64,000 nucleotides of DNA from Candidatus Heimdallarchaeota archaeon (GCA_030603365.1 JAUVXV010000006.1:32001-96000); one strand, 5' to 3'; positions 19,327-29,466 are shown, numbered from the stretch's first letter. Translations and numbers: made by a program. The notes: generated from the letters alone by a model not told the origin.

Positions 19327-21276
19327 TTAAATGGGTCCCCTCACGTGCGTTGAGGGGAAAAGATCGTTAGGGAGGAGAGTACCAGGAAGGGAAGCGATAT
19401 TAAAGGCAGCATTATCGTGAGTATTTACCTTCTGTCCACACTTCTTACAAGGAGAAAGATCATACTGCCCAGGACCACGAACTAAGAATCCTCCACAGCC
19501 ATGGTGAAGAGAACTGGTATACTGAGGGTTAACAACTTCCAACTGCACATCATACCCTAATTCTAAAGATGCTAACCAAACAGCTTTCTTGTAGATAAGC
19601 AAACTGTCAGGCATGGTGTAGATAGCTTTGGCTAGAGCACCTTTCGTTCCTGTAGCATCAGCTGTTAACTGCTCAATTTTAAGGGTCTGACACTTTTTCT
19701 TCACCAGTACTGCTGCAAGGAAGTGAGGGAGAAGAAGGGTAATCTCGCGAAGGATACGACTACGACGAGTATAAACACGGTTGAGCTCGCCTTGAAGCTT
19801 ACAACAACTATGACTGTCATACTCTTTTCTTTTGCGTAACAGTCCTCGATTGAGTTCAGGAAGAACTTTATTGGAAAGGTGAGTGTAGCGCGAAGCTAAC
19901 TTAAGTAAATCTAATGAAAGAGGGATAGAAGTGTTGAAAGCTAGCATATACTTCCCTAATCGATTAATGTCTACTCCCAACACCTTTTTCTTTCTCCCAG
20001 ATATCTGGGGGAGATAGTGATGAAGAAGTTTGAAGGAGTGGAAACAGTCATGCGTTCCTTCGAGGACGACATCTACGCGAGGTTTGAAACTAGGTGCTGA
20101 TCCACTACTTATTTGGAAAACTTTAATCACAGCTCCATTATGTAAATATTCTAGCACTTTTGGGGGAAAGAGTACTTGAGCAGTTGACAGTTTCTTACTT
20201 TGTTGTGGAAAACCAAGGATAGTGGTTCCTTGCTTCTTGATTTGCTTAGTTAGTTCACTTGCATTCCCTTGTCGGGTGATAACATAATCTTTTTTCATTA
20301 ACAATTTTATTGGTAATCTTCCTTTCTTTTTTCGTTTAAATGGTGGGGGAACAACTTGCTCCACTGGGAGAGTCTTGACTAACTGAGGGACACTCTGCAT
20401 ATAATGGTCAAAGAGTGTGAAAACAACTATCAGTCTTACAGCTGAAAAGAGTTTTCGGGTAGGCTTCCCTAAAACTTGAGCGAGTTGTTGGGAGAGATTC
20501 TTGAGGCTTTTCCACCGAGAAGGTTGAGGACTGTTAATCCAGGAAGTAAGGAAGGGAACAACAATCTTTTCTTCTTGTTTTATCAATTGAAGTTTATTTA
20601 GAAATGCTTGCTTGTTCTTTGTAAGTTGTGAGGGATTAGAGAATTCGTGAGTATAGTAAAACAGCGCATCATCAATTGCTTGGAGAATATCTTGTTGAGT
20701 ACAAGACGGGAGAATGTTGTTCAGCTGAATGGTTGCAGAAGAATAGATGGTGGTTTTCTTCTTCCTCCAGTAGGAATCAGCTTGAGTTCTGGAGTGAGTG
20801 AGAAGATTGATGACATACCTTCGTTTCAACTTCCAATAGTTTTCCAGACTTCGTTCAGTGTAGGGAGAACGACCAAAAATCACCCACTCTACAAGTTGTT
20901 GAGGATTTTTCAACAGAAAGTTGAGTAATCCTTGCACTTTCTGCTCTTTGTCAATCTTCCCTTTGACGGCTATGTAGAGCCAGTGGAAAGCACTTTCTAC
21001 TATATTCGGGTTCATCCCTACTACTTTACCTAGTTTGCGAGTGAAGAACCTTTCTTTTGGGTTGGTTCGGTAGAGGTCTACAGCCTTTTTTACAACTTGA
21101 GGAGTAAGAAGGGTGGTTTGTCTTTCCTCTAATTTTCTTATTCTTCGATTGATTTCTTCTCGCTGGGATTGGTCATCACATTTTAACACTACTTGATAAG
21201 TTCTCATCACCTTCGTTAAACTAGGTGGAGGATGAGCTTGTGTTTGTTGTGCCGTTTGTGTGCCCAAGTCTCTCAT
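19327..21276 (-). CDS. tnpB: Unusually large (649 aa) TnpB-like RuvC nuclease
   Basis: VLGVDIN (RuvC-I), LKIEQL (RuvC-II), VNPQYTS, HxxC/CxxC zinc finger, NTHDNAAFNIA (RuvC-III variant). Confidence 0.85.
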   Translation of the reverse strand: MRDLGTQTAQQTQAHPPPSLTKVMRTYQVVLKCDDQSQREEINRRIRKLEERQTTLLTPQVVKKAVDLYRTNPKERFFTRKLGKVVGMNPNIVESAFHWLYIAVKGKIDKEQKVQGLLNFLLKNPQQLVEWVIFGRSPYTERSLENYWKLKRRYVINLLTHSRTQADSYWRKKKTTIYSSATIQLNNILPSCTQQDILQAIDDALFYYTHEFSNPSQLTKNKQAFLNKLQLIKQEEKIVVPFLTSWINSPQPSRWKSLKNLSQQLAQVLGKPTRKLFSAVRLIVVFTLFDHYMQSVPQLVKTLPVEQVVPPPFKRKKKGRLPIKLLMKKDYVITRQGNASELTKQIKKQGTTILGFPQQSKKLSTAQVLFPPKVLEYLHNGAVIKVFQISSGSAPSFKPRVDVVLEGTHDCFHSFKLLHHYLPQISGRKKKVLGVDINRLGKYMLAFNTSIPLSLDLLKLASRYTHLSNKVLPELNRGLLRKRKEYDSHSCCKLQGELNRVYTRRSRILREITLLLPHFLAAVLVKKKCQTLKIEQLTADATGTKGALAKAIYTMPDSLLIYKKAVWLASLELGYDVQLEVVNPQYTSSLHHGCGGFLVRGPGQYDLSPCKKCGQKVNTHDNAAFNIASLPGTLLPNDLFPSTHVRGPI

Positions 21277-21314
21277 CCTCTAATCCTTAAAATGCTATAT
21301 AAGCCCGGTAAAAA

Positions 21315-21905
21315 TCAGTCAAGTGGTGGTGCTTTTCTTCTCCGTTGTCTATGTAGTCTTCCCGCAAACGAGGTGACTAGAGCGATCATATCTTCCACGA
21401 GTTTGGTTTCCTGTGATAGTTTGTGTTGTTGGTGAATGGAAAGGACTTGCGTGTCAAATATTTGGCAGTACTGTTTGATCACTTTCGTTCCAAACCTAGC
21501 TTCTCTGTCCTCATAGGTACATATGATTGCATATGGGTGAGTTGTTGCTACTTCTTTTAGTAGTTTATGTACTCCTTTTCTCTGTTCATTCATCCCTGAA
21601 GCTAAATCTGTAAACTCTTTTTTGAGTTTCCATCCTCGCTGTTCTACAAATCTCTTTATCTGTTCCTGTTGGTTGGTTAGTTCTTTTCGTTTTTTTGTTG
21701 CACTCACTCTTGCGTAACCTAGTACAACCTTGGTTAGTGTTTATCTTTCTCCCTTTCTCTGTTGAATTTAGCTAGTCTATATCTTCTATGTCCTCCCTTC
21801 ATTCTACACTCTGGTACCACTCTTTCTTCCTTCTCCCACCTTCGCAACGTACTTGGAGATACTCCTTGTATAGCTGCTGCTATCCCAATTCTAACTAACC
21901 TACTC
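21315..21905 (-). pseudogene. tnpA: IS607-type TnpA serine recombinase, frameshifted
   Basis: The MerR-like HTH (GVSPSTLRRWE...GGHRRY) ends at TAA 21736-34. The catalytic GYARVS...DLASG...EDREARFG...LVEDMIALVTSFAGRL part lies in another frame. Confidence 0.85.
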
Positions 21906-21994
21906 CCCCTCCTCTATTTTTCTAAAAAAGGATTCTTCCTCCTAGATCAGCTTTTGGTAAGATTGGATAGTTTTTCTCTCTTCAGTCACTCACG

Positions 21995-22273
21995 GTGTTT
22001 GAACTTATTTTATCACCAGAAGGAACAGAGTTTCAGCAAAAAGTTTGGTTAGAACTTCTAAAGATTCCCTTTGGAGAAACCATTACCTACAAAGAACTTG
22101 CATCTAGAATTGGGCAAAAAGATGCAATCCGAGCAGTCGGTAATGCTAATAGCAAGAATCCTATCAGTATAATTATTCCCTGTCATAGAGTAATTGGGAG
22201 TGATGGTAAACTGGTAGGTTACGCTGGAGGACTAGAGAGGAAAAAATGGCTAATTGACTTTGAAAAAGAGTAG
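21995..22273 (+). pseudogene. ogt: ogt 3' part
   Basis: GTEFQQKVW, IPFGETITY, RAVGNAN, PCHRV active site, GYAGG. Confidence 0.92.
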
Positions 22274-22280
22274 AGTGGAG

Positions 22281-23012
22281 TTATTTCTCGACGACCTCTT
22301 TCAGGTTCTTAGCAGATTTAATGTTATATTTTAAATCACTCAGATTAGGTATCATTCCTTCCCAACCCGATTCTTCAACATATTTCTTGAAGTGGTCATA
22401 AAGTTCCTTTGCTTCAAATCTAGCTATTTTTGTGGGAGTATCAAATCCAGCATTATGATATAAACGGGTTAGTTTAGTTTTTACATAACCAATTCGAGTA
22501 ATATCAGAAAGTTCTACAATTTCAAGGATAGCTTCTTCAGGGACATCTAATTGTTTTGAGAGTTCTTTTCTTTGTTTTATTGTCTTCCCTTTTTCTAGCA
22601 TTTGGTCAACGTTTTTAATTCCAATACTTGCTAGTTTCTTAACATGTTCAGAATCAATCCCAAGAAATTCTTTGAGAGGATAAATCCTTCTAGATTTCTT
22701 CGTTCTTTCTTCTCTTAACTGAGCTGCACATTTCAATAATTCACTACTTTCAATAAATTTGAAATAATTCATCAGAACATACAGAGGACCTTTAGCTGAA
22801 GATTTTGTAGTTCTTTCAATTTTTTCTACATATGATTCAATATCAACTGGACTTGCTACTAATAATTCCTTGTTCTTATCTTCTTTGAGATAATCAGCAA
22901 AGCGTTTTACTCCCGAAATATTCCTATCAATAACACCTGCTTTTTTTCCTTTTTTCTTGAGAAAATTCCTAAATTCTTCTTCTTTCAAATGTACCAACTT
23001 CCTGTTTAACAC
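22281..23012 (-). CDS. DUF4332-like protein with integrase SAM-like N-terminal domain
   Basis: F..FL...F..YL...DIESY N-terminus; HhH-like C-terminal half (LGID...LASIGI; DITRI...LYHNAGF). Confidence 0.6.
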   Translation of the reverse strand: MLNRKLVHLKEEEFRNFLKKKGKKAGVIDRNISGVKRFADYLKEDKNKELLVASPVDIESYVEKIERTTKSSAKGPLYVLMNYFKFIESSELLKCAAQLREERTKKSRRIYPLKEFLGIDSEHVKKLASIGIKNVDQMLEKGKTIKQRKELSKQLDVPEEAILEIVELSDITRIGYVKTKLTRLYHNAGFDTPTKIARFEAKELYDHFKKYVEESGWEGMIPNLSDLKYNIKSAKNLKEVVEK

Positions 23013-23136
23013 ATGAATTAGTAGTTTAGTTATCTATTGCTTATAGTCCACATTTACATATTTAAGTCTGAAATATTGGTGTTATTTTGGAATATTTGCA
23101 GAAAAGTCATAAATATTCGTAAAATTGGAATAAGAT

Positions 23137-24312
23137 ATGAGTGAATTCTCGATTGATTGTATTAATCAATTTATTATTGAGAAACAACATCTTACGAAAG
23201 AAACTAAGACAGATAATATTCAAACCATTGTCAAGAATATTGGGGGTCTACATAGCACTAGCCAAACAGCCCCATATCTATCATTATTTAGTCGTATGAA
23301 TAATTTCACTAGGAGCCAACTAGATCAAGAAGCATATGAGAAAAGAAACTTGGGTAAAATACGTTGTATAAGAAAAACTGTCTTCATTCATCATAAAGAG
23401 TTCTTACCTTGGATTATTAATGCAACAAGGAAACAACATGCTAAACGTCATGTAGATTATCTAGCGAATCTTGGAGTATCTGAAGCGAAGTATCAAGAGA
23501 TTGTAAACGATATACTCTTGGTTTTACAGGGGAGAAACTTGTCTGTTGCTGAATTAAAGAAGGAGCTCAGTAGTAAGGACAATATTTCTGCAATGGTAAA
23601 TCTTGCTTGTGATAATTTTCAACTCATAAGAAATTGTCCAGTTAAAAGCTGGAGAGATAAAAGACATACTTATTCAGCTTTTAAGGAGTATTTCCCAAAT
23701 ATGAATTTGGATGAAATTACAGAAGAAGAAAGCAGAATGAAATTAGTCAGTTATTACCTAGAGTGTTTTGGACCGGTTACAGAGACTGATATTGTATGGT
23801 GGACTGGATTTAACAAGACAGAAACAAGAAGTTCTTTAGAAGAATTAGCAGAAAACATAACTAAAATACCAATTGAATCACTTTCTAAAGATTTTCTATT
23901 ACTAAATTCAGATGTGCTTAAATTGGAAAAAGTTTCTCAAAATTCAGAAGTAACTGTAAATATTTTACCCGATTTGGATCCTTATATGATGGGGTATAAA
24001 GAGAGAGAAAGGTACGTAGAAAAGAGTTTTTACGACCACATATTTGATCGTTCTGGAAATGCAACCACAACAATATTAGTCAATGGAAAAGTTGTAGGAA
24101 TTTGGGATTTTGTTGGAAGTAAAGAGCCTCTTATCAAATTCTTCCTTCTAGAAAAAACAGAAAAAGAACCTTACACAGCTATTAAAAATGAGTTGAATGA
24201 AATAGGTAAATTCATTTTTGCTGAAAAAGTTCCTCTTAAAGAATGTAAAACTATGAACCCACTAAAAACTAGAACACCAGGAGAAGTTCAAACACCACTC
24301 AAATATTGTTAA
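23137..24312 (+). CDS. AlkZ/HTH_42-family winged-helix DNA glycosylase
   Basis: GGLHSTSQTAPYLSLFSR, YLECFGPVTETDIVWWTG, LPDLDPYMMGY, LVNGKVVGIW. Confidence 0.82.
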   Translation: MSEFSIDCINQFIIEKQHLTKETKTDNIQTIVKNIGGLHSTSQTAPYLSLFSRMNNFTRSQLDQEAYEKRNLGKIRCIRKTVFIHHKEFLPWIINATRKQHAKRHVDYLANLGVSEAKYQEIVNDILLVLQGRNLSVAELKKELSSKDNISAMVNLACDNFQLIRNCPVKSWRDKRHTYSAFKEYFPNMNLDEITEEESRMKLVSYYLECFGPVTETDIVWWTGFNKTETRSSLEELAENITKIPIESLSKDFLLLNSDVLKLEKVSQNSEVTVNILPDLDPYMMGYKERERYVEKSFYDHIFDRSGNATTTILVNGKVVGIWDFVGSKEPLIKFFLLEKTEKEPYTAIKNELNEIGKFIFAEKVPLKECKTMNPLKTRTPGEVQTPLKYC

Positions 24313-24632
24313 AATATATAAAAAAAAATCAAAATAAAAAGAAAAGAAAGAAAGGAAGTAAATCTAAGTAGATACGTCCAAACTAATTTTACATAATTCT
24401 CCAGGTTTAAGATTGATGTTTGGTAAGGAAGGAGATTCACCTTTGACATAAGTGAGGGCACCCGCAATAATTGTTTTTGAGGGATTATATTTACATCAGA
24501 TATTCATGGTTCATTGTTGGTTACAATTGGATTAATGATATTTACTTTCAGACGTAGAAGGACGAAATGAACTTCTTCAACTATTGCTTTTTTATTTGAA
24601 TAAGTATAAATAATGAGCTCACAATATTCTAG

Positions 24633-25574
24633 ATGATACACATGAAGAAGGGAAAAAAGTATCAAAGTCTTATTTTATGCGGAGTATTAGTACTCTTGTT
24701 GTTTGGAACATTTTTTGCTAATTCCGAGACAACTCAAGAAGAGCAATGTTGGGGACCTTTACGAGAAACCTATACTTACGTACATGATGAAGATTATTAT
24801 AACTATGAAAATGCAGAACCCTTGACTGAAACCTATGAAGAGATAACGATTTGGGATGTAGAAAGTGATGGGAATGATATTTCATTTAGAACCGACTTAT
24901 GGATTATCTTCTTAGGCATGGTTCATTGTGAAAGTGAAGAAGACTATGATGAATATCGAGAAGCGTGGGAATTTGATAACGTAACAGATAGTTTCAGAGT
25001 CACCTATAGATATGACAGTGAATCTCAATTGCTAGGTTTTGTAAATCCTGTTTATCCAGATACAATGTTATCGGGGGATGAAGAAGTACCAATCAATCCA
25101 GTACTTTTGGTTAATCATATGTTCCTATTCTATCGTGGATTAGCAGGTTTATTTTTACCTATCTTGCACACTAATTTTTCGTTTGAAACAGATTTTCATA
25201 TCTATGAACAAGCCTATTCAGATTTTGAGATCAATTTTAAAGACACCTTTATGTTTCAAGGGAAGAAATTTCAAGGATATTACTACGAAATATCGTATAC
25301 TGTGGAATATAAGATATACCCGGGACTTTACGCTAGAGATGAAATAGAAAGGAGTTTTTCGTACAACAGTCATGGGGAACTATACAATTTCTACAATCAT
25401 TTAAGTTATTCCAATAACGAATCAGGACAATTTGAATTGAAGAGAGAAGGTTTCTTTAATTATTATATTGACTCCTATGATGGAAGCCTAGTTGTGACAC
25501 ATTCTTGGGCAATTGGTTTAAGTGGAATACTAATTGTCTCAGTATTTATTCTATATAGGAGAAGGAAAGAATAA
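24633..25574 (+). CDS. Secreted acidic protein with C-terminal TM anchor
   Basis: Signal peptide; C-terminal TM followed by RRRKE. Confidence 0.75.
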   Translation: MIHMKKGKKYQSLILCGVLVLLLFGTFFANSETTQEEQCWGPLRETYTYVHDEDYYNYENAEPLTETYEEITIWDVESDGNDISFRTDLWIIFLGMVHCESEEDYDEYREAWEFDNVTDSFRVTYRYDSESQLLGFVNPVYPDTMLSGDEEVPINPVLLVNHMFLFYRGLAGLFLPILHTNFSFETDFHIYEQAYSDFEINFKDTFMFQGKKFQGYYYEISYTVEYKIYPGLYARDEIERSFSYNSHGELYNFYNHLSYSNNESGQFELKREGFFNYYIDSYDGSLVVTHSWAIGLSGILIVSVFILYRRRKE

Positions 25575-25637
25575 TCTTCTCTTTCATTTTTCTACCTTTT
25601 TAAAAAACTTTAAAGGAAATCTCACGTATTTCAAAAT

Positions 25638-26399
25638 ATGCTTAAAGATAATGGAAACAAATTAATGACTAAGAAAATAGTTAGCACTTCACTCATTATC
25701 TTGTTCATTCTTTATTTATCATTTAATTCCCCTACACTAGTTTCAGCAATAGATGCACCTATATTATTAACTCCAACTGATGGAGAGATGATAAGTGATG
25801 ACAGACCAACTTTGGAGTGGAATACTGTACCTGGAGCTGTACTATACCATGTCCAAGTAGATTATTATTCTTCTTTCATTACAACATTCTATTTCGCTAA
25901 TACATCAGAGACCAGTTATACCATGATGATGACTTTAGATGGTGATGATTATTTTTGGAGAGTAAGAGCGTTAGATGTGAATGATACTTGGAGTCCTTTT
26001 AGTGAAGTTTGGAAATTTTCTGTTGATACTGTGAAACCCTATATCAATCGTCCTCCAAATATTGAGTATACCGTAGGAGAAACTGGTAATGAAATAGACT
26101 GGATACCCATCGATGATTATCCTGCTGATTATGCAGTTTACTTCAACGAAATAGAGATACAGTCTGGTCAGTGGAATTCAAGTGATTGGATCACAATTAA
26201 TGTTGATGGATTACCTGAAGGAGTCTATAATTATACAATCTGGATTAGTGATCAAGCGGGAAAAACCAATGTAGATACAGTATGGGTAACAGTGAATCCA
26301 GTAGTGATACCAGAAATGAGTTCAGAGATTCTTCTTCTCATTGTAGCTTCAAGTATTAGTGTAATTGTTTTAATTGCAAGAAGGAAAAGAATCTACTAG
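25638..26399 (+). CDS. Surface protein with FN3/Ig-like domains and PEF-like sorting tail
   Basis: PTLEWN, YFWRVRA, WSPFSEVWKF; IPEM + TM + RRKR. Confidence 0.8.
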   Translation: MLKDNGNKLMTKKIVSTSLIILFILYLSFNSPTLVSAIDAPILLTPTDGEMISDDRPTLEWNTVPGAVLYHVQVDYYSSFITTFYFANTSETSYTMMMTLDGDDYFWRVRALDVNDTWSPFSEVWKFSVDTVKPYINRPPNIEYTVGETGNEIDWIPIDDYPADYAVYFNEIEIQSGQWNSSDWITINVDGLPEGVYNYTIWISDQAGKTNVDTVWVTVNPVVIPEMSSEILLLIVASSISVIVLIARRKRIY

Positions 26400-26545
26400 A
26401 TTCTTACTTTTTTGCTATAAGAAAAGGAAAAAATAATCTTCTCTTTCATTTTCTCATTTTCATAATCTACACTACCTGTTATTTTAGCTTCCTGAGATAT
26501 TGTGTATAATTAATCTAGAATAGTTTATATGTCTCCAAAAAAATA

Positions 26546-27487
26546 GTGGTAGTTGATAAAATGAAAAACAAAGAAGTAGTTTTGACATTATTTGTTGTAG
26601 CATGTTTATTATCTTCTATGAACGTTAGTGGTACCTTAGCACCCGATACACTAGAAGTTTACAAAGGAATAACCGTAAGAGGACCTAATTTTCAAGAGGA
26701 TACAGAAGGTATAACAGAATTCATTGTTGGTGAAACATGGACTGATACAATGTATTCTTTCGAAATTGTAGAATTTACATTGTCCATAGAATATACTGTT
26801 GTACCAGAGGGAGTAGATATGTTAGAAAATAGTATAATGTCACTAATATTGAAGGACAACAGAACAAATGCACTACCAACAGCTAGTTATTATGTAAAAA
26901 CTAGCACTGAAGAATGCACAATTTTTATAGATCTAGATCAATCAGTAAATTTTACTGAGGAGGACTTAAAAGCTACTTATAATGGAGTGACTTATACTGT
27001 ATCAGAATTGGATATAAATTCACAGATCTTCAGCGACATTAGTTTTTATTTAGGTGCATGGGCATTTGGAACTATATTCTTGATTGAAACTATGCCAATT
27101 ACCAAATACATCATATCACCACAAGCAACTATAGGCCAAGAGATTAATTATGGATTATATAATGGAGAAGTAATCGGATACGATGTATACTCTCCAGATG
27201 GGACAACGGAATACGATGTTATTGAAGTTCATCACGATGAACAAAATATTACTTATTTTGGTACTCAAAATCTCTACATAGGAGAATCAACATACTATTA
27301 TGAGAAAGAAACAGGAATTGTTGTATTTTGGATGGAAGACAATCCCGCAGGAGATGACTATCACTTTAATGCAACAGAGATTACAATCCCAGAACAAACT
27401 GAAGAAGGATCTGCTGCAGTCATAGGAGCATTGAGTGCAGTAATCGTCGCAACAGCAGTAATTACATATAGAAGAAAGAAGAAATAA
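26546..27487 (+). CDS. Surface protein, paralogue of 43918 and 45131
   Basis: Shared ISPQATIGQEI, DLKxTYNG, IEVHH and YEKxTGI; TM + RRKKK. Confidence 0.8.
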   Translation: MVVDKMKNKEVVLTLFVVACLLSSMNVSGTLAPDTLEVYKGITVRGPNFQEDTEGITEFIVGETWTDTMYSFEIVEFTLSIEYTVVPEGVDMLENSIMSLILKDNRTNALPTASYYVKTSTEECTIFIDLDQSVNFTEEDLKATYNGVTYTVSELDINSQIFSDISFYLGAWAFGTIFLIETMPITKYIISPQATIGQEINYGLYNGEVIGYDVYSPDGTTEYDVIEVHHDEQNITYFGTQNLYIGESTYYYEKETGIVVFWMEDNPAGDDYHFNATEITIPEQTEEGSAAVIGALSAVIVATAVITYRRKKK

Positions 27488-27502
27488 CAAATCTTCTCTT
27501 TC

Positions 27503-28009
27503 TTATTTTATCTTAACTTTTTTATTCAAAACTGAGTAGAGTTTAGGAACAGAATCAACAAGAATTTCTTTGGATAGTTTACCTTTTTGTTCGTATTTGT
27601 TCAAAAGGTTTGAAAGAATTTTATGATAGGGAACAGGATTAGTATTTTGAGGAATTAGCAAACCCAATGTTGCGAATGTTTCTGTTTTAAAGGAGTTCTT
27701 TTCAAAACAGGGAATCAAACGTGTCACACAAACAGCTTGTAAATCACCTATATGAGTAATCATCACATCTCCATCTTGACAAGCCATAGGCATGCTTTTC
27801 AAGCACAATTCACGATCTATTTCTTCACTTATTTTGACCTCAGGATGAAAATGTAATAATTCATTACCAAAATCTGTCATCCCGGTAAGAAAAACAGCTC
27901 TAGCTTGAAAATCGTTACTAAAGTTTTTGATGCTCTTCAATTTGAATCCCCTTGTTGTAGATTGGAGTATCTTAATAAATTTTTCCGATGTATGTACCAG
28001 GGATATCAA
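27503..28009 (-). CDS. uDENN/longin-like domain protein
   Basis: beta-strand, FGNELLHFHP, helix ending LKSMP, three strands, two helices. Confidence 0.5.
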   Translation of the reverse strand: MISLVHTSEKFIKILQSTTRGFKLKSIKNFSNDFQARAVFLTGMTDFGNELLHFHPEVKISEEIDRELCLKSMPMACQDGDVMITHIGDLQAVCVTRLIPCFEKNSFKTETFATLGLLIPQNTNPVPYHKILSNLLNKYEQKGKLSKEILVDSVPKLYSVLNKKVKIK

Positions 28010-28090
28010 GATTCAGAAAAAGAAAGCTATGGGGAAAACTTTCTCCTTTTTTTGGATTTGGAATCATTTCGATAGCATTTCTCTTAGTTC

Positions 28091-28615
28091 TTAACCTGCT
28101 GTTTCAACAAATATCTTGATAAGCCATAGTACAAAACAGTATAAACCAAAAATAATATGTCCGACAGTAGAAATCAGTAAAATCAGCATTAAGAAACCAA
28201 GAATAGTTTTTAAGATAACGTTCTGGAATGTTTCAGGATCAAACAAAATTATTACATTTTGCTGAATTTGCTTTACATAACCAATTTGATTAATTGAAGT
28301 TCTCATTTGCACAGCTAGAAATTTCTTAGAGAAGATACAGAGTAAGACATATACTAGAAATACTCCTCCAAGTACAGTGAAGACTATTGCGAAATAAAAA
28401 AATACTTGTAGATAATCCGGGTCAAAAGTCCAGACCAGATATCCTATACAAGCACTTACACCTGAGCCAATAATAATGCCAACTAGTAATACTCCAATAG
28501 GTATACGCTTTGTTAGTCTTCCCAAAAATGAAGATTTTTCTGATTTTGATATATTATCCTCTAAGATGATTGATTGTAATTCTTCTTGATATTCTGAATC
28601 ATAGTTTTTAATCAA
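28091..28615 (-). CDS. Membrane protein (3 TM)
   Basis: Hydrophobic segments; overlaps the upstream ORF by 4 nt. Confidence 0.65.
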   Translation of the reverse strand: MIKNYDSEYQEELQSIILEDNISKSEKSSFLGRLTKRIPIGVLLVGIIIGSGVSACIGYLVWTFDPDYLQVFFYFAIVFTVLGGVFLVYVLLCIFSKKFLAVQMRTSINQIGYVKQIQQNVIILFDPETFQNVILKTILGFLMLILLISTVGHIIFGLYCFVLWLIKIFVETAG

Positions 28616-29466
28616 GATGTTTTTCTCCTCTCTTTTTCCTTATTCGCTAATCTAAGATTCATAATATTTTGATATCCATAAAGAATCAAAGCTATAGAGA
28701 TAGCAAAACAAGTGACATAATAATAATATGACAAAAATCCTTCTTTTATTATAAACCATACTCCAACAGCTAGTGAACATAATGCTAAAACAGGAGAAAT
28801 GACTTTGATGTGTTTTTGATTGTTTATTTGTTGATTAAGTTCATCATCTAGTAGATACATTAGTTCTTCTCTTTTTTGTTCAATAATACGAGCTTTTTTA
28901 GGATCTTCTCCAGTTTTTCTAGTTTTAAGATTCTCCAAGAATATTGGTAAACGTGAGATTATCAAAATAACAGCTCCAACCCCATATAAGACAAGAATGA
29001 TGTAAAATGCTATTCCAAAATACACAACTAATTTTAGTACTTCATAACTGTCTAAATTGATAAAAATTATGAACCCAATAAAAATTGCAATGAAGCAAAT
29101 TACAATAATAATAGGTAAAGCAATATTGAAAGACTTTCTAGTTCTAGGGTTATTTAGAAAATTAGTACTTCTTCTAGATTGATAAGGGATACCACTAGAT
29201 CTTTGAATTGTACTATCAACTGAAGCTTTTGGTTCTGATATTTGATTGGGATTAGGGACTTGTGTTTGTGCATCAGTTTGGGGTAAAGCAGTTTCAGGTA
29301 TAAAATAGAAACTTGCTGATTCAGATTCTTCTTGTTCTTCTCCTTTACAATAACGTATAACAGATTCTTTGAATTGATAATCGCAGTTTGAGCATTGAAT
29401 TTCTAAATTGTTATTAAATTTGCCACATTTTGGACAAGACAACTCAAGACTCATAACAGTTAACAA
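28612..29466 (-). CDS. Zinc-ribbon membrane protein
   Basis: CPKCG...CSNC at the N-terminus, 4 TM helices. Confidence 0.75.
   Translation of the reverse strand: MLTVMSLELSCPKCGKFNNNLEIQCSNCDYQFKESVIRYCKGEEQEESESASFYFIPETALPQTDAQTQVPNPNQISEPKASVDSTIQRSSGIPYQSRRSTNFLNNPRTRKSFNIALPIIIVICFIAIFIGFIIFINLDSYEVLKLVVYFGIAFYIILVLYGVGAVILIISRLPIFLENLKTRKTGEDPKKARIIEQKREELMYLLDDELNQQINNQKHIKVISPVLALCSLAVGVWFIIKEGFLSYYYYVTCFAISIALILYGYQNIMNLRLANKEKERRKTS

Larger units (their letters stand above)
19279..21994 (-). mobile_element. IS607-like element (serine-recombinase tnpA + large tnpB), 2716 bp, inserted in ogt
   Basis: ACG at 19276-78 and again at 21992-94; removing the element restores the ogt frame; no terminal inverted repeats. 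Confidence 0.9.

Noticed and set aside
19279-21994. Possible self-splicing IStron or CRISPR-linked Cas12
   Set aside because: There is no room or motifs for a group I intron core, and no CRISPR array, tRNA or rRNA was seen anywhere in the window
24365-24590. Minus-strand reading frames with an in-frame TGA (possible selenoprotein)
   Set aside because: No recognisable selenoprotein family or SECIS; more likely a decayed gene fragment
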